NCBI GenBank assembly: GCA_963805065.1
Contig: CAWDSS010000012.1
Coordinates: forward strand, 44,174 to 108,173
Direction of reading: 5' to 3'
Origin: Candidatus Omnitrophota bacterium
GTDB taxonomy: Bacteria; Omnitrophota; Gorgyraeia; Gygaellales; Profunditerraquicolaceae
DNA: 64,000 bases
Positions 61,116 to 64,000 of the stretch are shown here, piece by piece (position 1 is the stretch's first letter; every line of letters starts with the position of its first letter). The position numbers and the translations under genes are program-made. Below the pieces are notes generated by a model. The model saw nothing but the letters and a program-made list of their open reading frames with translations. It was not told where the DNA came from and did no database searches.

Positions 61116-62184
61116 TCTCTTTTAATACGGCTTTTAAATTCAGCTTTATCAATTTAGGTTCTTTTATACTCTTTATTGCGCGGTCAGGATCTTTCAATCC
61201 GTGCCCGGTTAAAATGCATACTATACGGATATTTTGGTTCTGGGTTCTTTTGTTTAGGTTCTTAAAATAACCCTTTCTCGCCATTTTTAATAATCCTGCA
61301 ATGGAAGCTGCAGAAGCCGGCTCCACAAAAACCCCTTCTTTGCTTGCCAGTAATTTATAAGCTTCAATAATTTTATCGTCGGAAACCATATCAATTAATC
61401 CGGCTGACTCATCACGCGCTTTTTCCGCGGACTTCCAACTAGCCGGATTTCCGATGCGTATGGCAGTAGCGATTGTCTTGGGTTCTTTTATTGGGTACCC
61501 TCTTACAATGGGCGCTGCGCCTTCTGCCTGAAAACCCAGCATTTTCGGCAGATTCTTAATCTTGCCCCGTTGTTTGTATTCCTTGTATCCTTTCCAATAT
61601 GCCGTAATGTTGCCGGCATTTCCTACCGGCATAACTTGAAAATCCGGAGCCTCACCCAAACAATCGCATACTTCAAAACTTGCGGTCTTCTGGCCTTCAA
61701 TCCTGTAAGGGTTTAAAGAATTAACCAGGGTTATGGGGTATTCATCGGTAATCTTTCTTACTAATTCCAAAGCATCATCAAAATTGCCGTTAACTGCTAA
61801 AACCTGGGCGCCGTGGATTAACGCCTGGCTAAGCTTTCCCAGAGCAATTGCCCCGCTAGGGATTAAAACTATGCATTTAATTCCCGCTCTTGCTGCGTAG
61901 GCAGCTGCAGAGGCGGAAGTATTGCCTGTGGAAGCGCACATTACCGCAGTCGAACCTTCCTCGCAAGCTTTGGAAATAGCCAAGGTCATCCCCCTGTCTT
62001 TGAATGAACCAGTGGGATTCAGGCCCTCGTATTTCAAGTAAACTTCAAAATTCTTCCCGATTAATTTACTTAAGTGTTGCGCATAAATCAGAGGGGTATT
62101 CCCTTCTAAAAGCGTAATAACCGGGGTCTTGTTTGTTACAGGCAAATATTTTCTGTATTTTTCTATTACTCCTCGATAATGCAT
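61105..62184 (-). CDS. thrC: threonine synthase
   Basis: 359 aa with [15 protein letters not shown] (PLP lysine) and TGHGLKDP. Confidence 0.9.
   Translation of the reverse strand: MHYRGVIEKYRKYLPVTNKTPVITLLEGNTPLIYAQHLSKLIGKNFEVYLKYEGLNPTGSFKDRGMTLAISKACEEGSTAVMCASTGNTSASAAAYAARAGIKCIVLIPSGAIALGKLSQALIHGAQVLAVNGNFDDALELVRKITDEYPITLVNSLNPYRIEGQKTASFEVCDCLGEAPDFQVMPVGNAGNITAYWKGYKEYKQRGKIKNLPKMLGFQAEGAAPIVRGYPIKEPKTIATAIRIGNPASWKSAEKARDESAGLIDMVSDDKIIEAYKLLASKEGVFVEPASAASIAGLLKMARKGYFKNLNKRTQNQNIRIVCILTGHGLKDPDRAIKSIKEPKLIKLNLKAVLKEIGY
61234..61261. repeat. heptanucleotide tandem array, GAACC family, inside the thrC coding sequence
   Basis: TTGGTTC TGGGTTC TTTTGTT TAGGTTC. It encodes NKRTQNQN just before the conserved TGHGLKDP. 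Confidence 0.75.
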
Positions 62185-63480
62185 TTAAGCTTCCTCTATT
62201 CTTATTGCTACGGATTTTTCTTTTATGGCATCCATTTTGTCAATCATTGACAATGCAGTACGTAAGTCCCTTTCTTTGGCATTATGAATTACCATGACGA
62301 TGGGGACCACGTGGGCCTTTCGCCTTTCTTTTTGAGTAACAGAGGCGATGCTTATGCCGAATTTGGCCAGAATTCCCGATATCTTTGCCAAGACTCCGGG
62401 TTTATCCAGCGCCATGAAACGTATATAGTATCTGCTTTCAAAATCGTCGGTCTTACGCAGTTTCTTTATAGAGTTGTCGGTAACGACATTTAACGTCTGA
62501 CGGAAAAGCCCCGCTTTTATATCCTGGGTAAGATCCACTAAATCAGCAACCACTGCAGAAGCTGCCGACATTTGCCCTGCTCCGGGGCCGTAAAATAACA
62601 GGTCCCCCGCTAAATCGCTGGACACATATATTGCATTAAATACCCCGTCAACCGAAGAAAGCAGGTGGGCTTTAGGTATAAGGGTGGGATGAACCCTTAC
62701 TTCCAGGTCGTTTGCCTCTTTTTTGGCAATAGCCAAAAGTTTTATTTCCAACCCCAGTTCCCTTGCATAATTGATATCGGCTAAGGAAATTCTGGAAATA
62801 CCTTCGATAAATACGTCGTTTAGCTTTACCATTCTTCCGAAAGCCAGATACGTAAGCAATACAAGCTTGTGCGCAGAATCAATGCCTTCAATGTCCAGCG
62901 TAGGGTCTTTTTCAGCAAAGCCTTCTCTTTTGGCCTGGTTTAGCGCATCCTCGAAAGAACGATTGTCTCTGGACATTTTGGACAATACAAAATTTGAGGT
63001 GCCATTCAAAATTCCGAAGATGCTGTTGAATTTGTTGGCAACTAATCCTTCGCGTAACGATTTTATAATCGGTATGCCTGCGCCTACCGAAGCTTCAAAA
63101 TAAATATTCTTTCCTTTGTCGAAAGCCAAGCCGAACAATTCACTGCCCTCTTGAGCAAGTAATGCCTTATTAGCGGTTACGACGTTTTTGCCCTTTTTTA
63201 ATGCTTCCATAATGTATTCCTTGGCAGGGTGAATTCCACCCATCAATTCCACCAGGATATCTATCTGGGGGTCATTGATAACTTCAGAGGCATTCTTAGT
63301 TAACAGCTGTTTGTCTACGGAAACGTTTCTCTTTGAAACAAGATCCTTGTCGCAGACCTTCTTAACATTAATTTCCACTCCGATTTTCTCTGCTAAAAAG
63401 GATTTCCTCTCCCTTAAAATTTTAATCACTCCCGAGCCTACGTTACCGAACCCTATAAGCCCAATGTTTATCTTTTTCAT
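62185..63480 (-). CDS. hom: homoserine dehydrogenase
   Basis: 431 aa with IGLIGFGNVGSG, NGTSNF and a C-terminal ACT domain. Confidence 0.9.
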   Translation of the reverse strand: MKKINIGLIGFGNVGSGVIKILRERKSFLAEKIGVEINVKKVCDKDLVSKRNVSVDKQLLTKNASEVINDPQIDILVELMGGIHPAKEYIMEALKKGKNVVTANKALLAQEGSELFGLAFDKGKNIYFEASVGAGIPIIKSLREGLVANKFNSIFGILNGTSNFVLSKMSRDNRSFEDALNQAKREGFAEKDPTLDIEGIDSAHKLVLLTYLAFGRMVKLNDVFIEGISRISLADINYARELGLEIKLLAIAKKEANDLEVRVHPTLIPKAHLLSSVDGVFNAIYVSSDLAGDLLFYGPGAGQMSAASAVVADLVDLTQDIKAGLFRQTLNVVTDNSIKKLRKTDDFESRYYIRFMALDKPGVLAKISGILAKFGISIASVTQKERRKAHVVPIVMVIHNAKERDLRTALSMIDKMDAIKEKSVAIRIEEA

Positions 63481-63836
63481 TATTGCCCTTTCTTCATATA
63501 ATAATCTATTGTTTCATTAATAACTTTTCTATGCCTTTCATCCACAGCCAAAAATATTAACCTGGTATCGTAGATTAAGTTCCTGGTTATCTCGCGCGAC
63601 TCCTGGACTTTACCGATAATCATTATCGGATGAGGGTCAAACGGCAGCCTGATTTCCAAGGCGAGGTTAGTGCCAGGCTCAAACCTCCTGTTCGTAGTAA
63701 GAAGCATGCCTCCTAAGCTTACATTCCTTGTCTGGGTAATATCTGCGTTATCGACCTCATCCAGTATGCGGTAAGATACGATAAAACGTCCAGAAATCCG
63801 GGGACACCTTCTTCTTTCAGGTCCATTGTAAGCCAT
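63480..63836 (-). CDS. PilZ-domain protein
   Basis: 118 aa with ERRRCPRISGRF...NVSLGGMLL (RxxxR ... D/NxSxxG). Confidence 0.7.
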   Translation of the reverse strand: MAYNGPERRRCPRISGRFIVSYRILDEVDNADITQTRNVSLGGMLLTTNRRFEPGTNLALEIRLPFDPHPIMIIGKVQESREITRNLIYDTRLIFLAVDERHRKVINETIDYYMKKGQ

Positions 63837-63880
63837 TTATGCCTCCTTTTTTTCAAAAACCTTCTGGTTCAAGCAAGACT

Positions 63881-63958
63881 TGGTCGGGGAGGTGGGACTT
63901 GAACCCACGACCTTTTGAACCCCATTCAAACGCGCTAGCCAAACTGCGCTACTCCCCG
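63881..63958 (-). tRNA. tRNA-Pro (anticodon GGG), CCA encoded
   Basis: Minus strand reads CGGGGAGTAGCGCAGTTTGGCTAGCGCGTTTGAATGGGGTTCAAAAGGTCGTGGGTTCAAGTCCCACCTCCCCGACCA. Confidence 0.85.
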
Positions 63959-64000
63959 AGTTTTAATATCTATAGCTTGTCGGTAAAACATCCCGAGTTT

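Overview
AT-rich bacterial chromosomal segment. Every gene I can support (about 49 protein genes and 2 tRNAs) lies on the minus strand; all plus-strand ORFs in the track look like shadows of minus-strand genes. Most of the content is housekeeping: dnaE, uvrB, recO, polX, aspS/hisS/glyQS/valS, groES-groEL behind a perfect CIRCE operator, guaA plus a GuaB3-type IMPDH, panB/panE/coaX/coaB, nadC, apt, nfnA/nfnB, ppdK, a hom-thrC...lysC-cimA amino-acid cluster, and phoH-pgpH-ybeY-recO. The gene set (NfnAB, PPDK, GH57, archaeal-type aPGM-like protein, citramalate synthase) suggests an anaerobic, probably uncultivated lineage, possibly Omnitrophota-like, but this is a low-confidence guess. I found no transposase, integrase, phage, CRISPR or recognisable defence genes. 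The main points are: (1) A 2165-aa signal-anchored protein (38168..44665) contains both a phosphoglycerate-kinase-like and a GAPDH-like module with catalytic motifs retained. It also has a long N-terminal domain and a C-terminal PGGIDL-type tail, and sits behind a ~260-nt leader with terminator/antiterminator-like hairpins. (2) At the left edge, an operon encodes a GH57 glucan enzyme, a membrane-anchored beta-sandwich-like protein and a ParA ATPase fused to a CBM48-like glycogen-binding module. (3) A ~400-nt, highly structured, unclassified non-coding region lies between the giant gene and guaB3. (4) There are several dispersed repeat families: STRR-like heptanucleotide tandem arrays (some inside coding sequence), a 64-bp palindromic terminator-like element in three copies, and a two-hairpin leader element shared by phoH and the giant gene. 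(5) Seven highly conserved genes (sigma-70, ppdK, glyQS, nfnB, mgtA, groEL, valS) are broken by 1-nt indels, those inspected lying mostly at short homopolymers, while the longest ORFs are intact. This is most likely an assembly artefact and it affects annotation.
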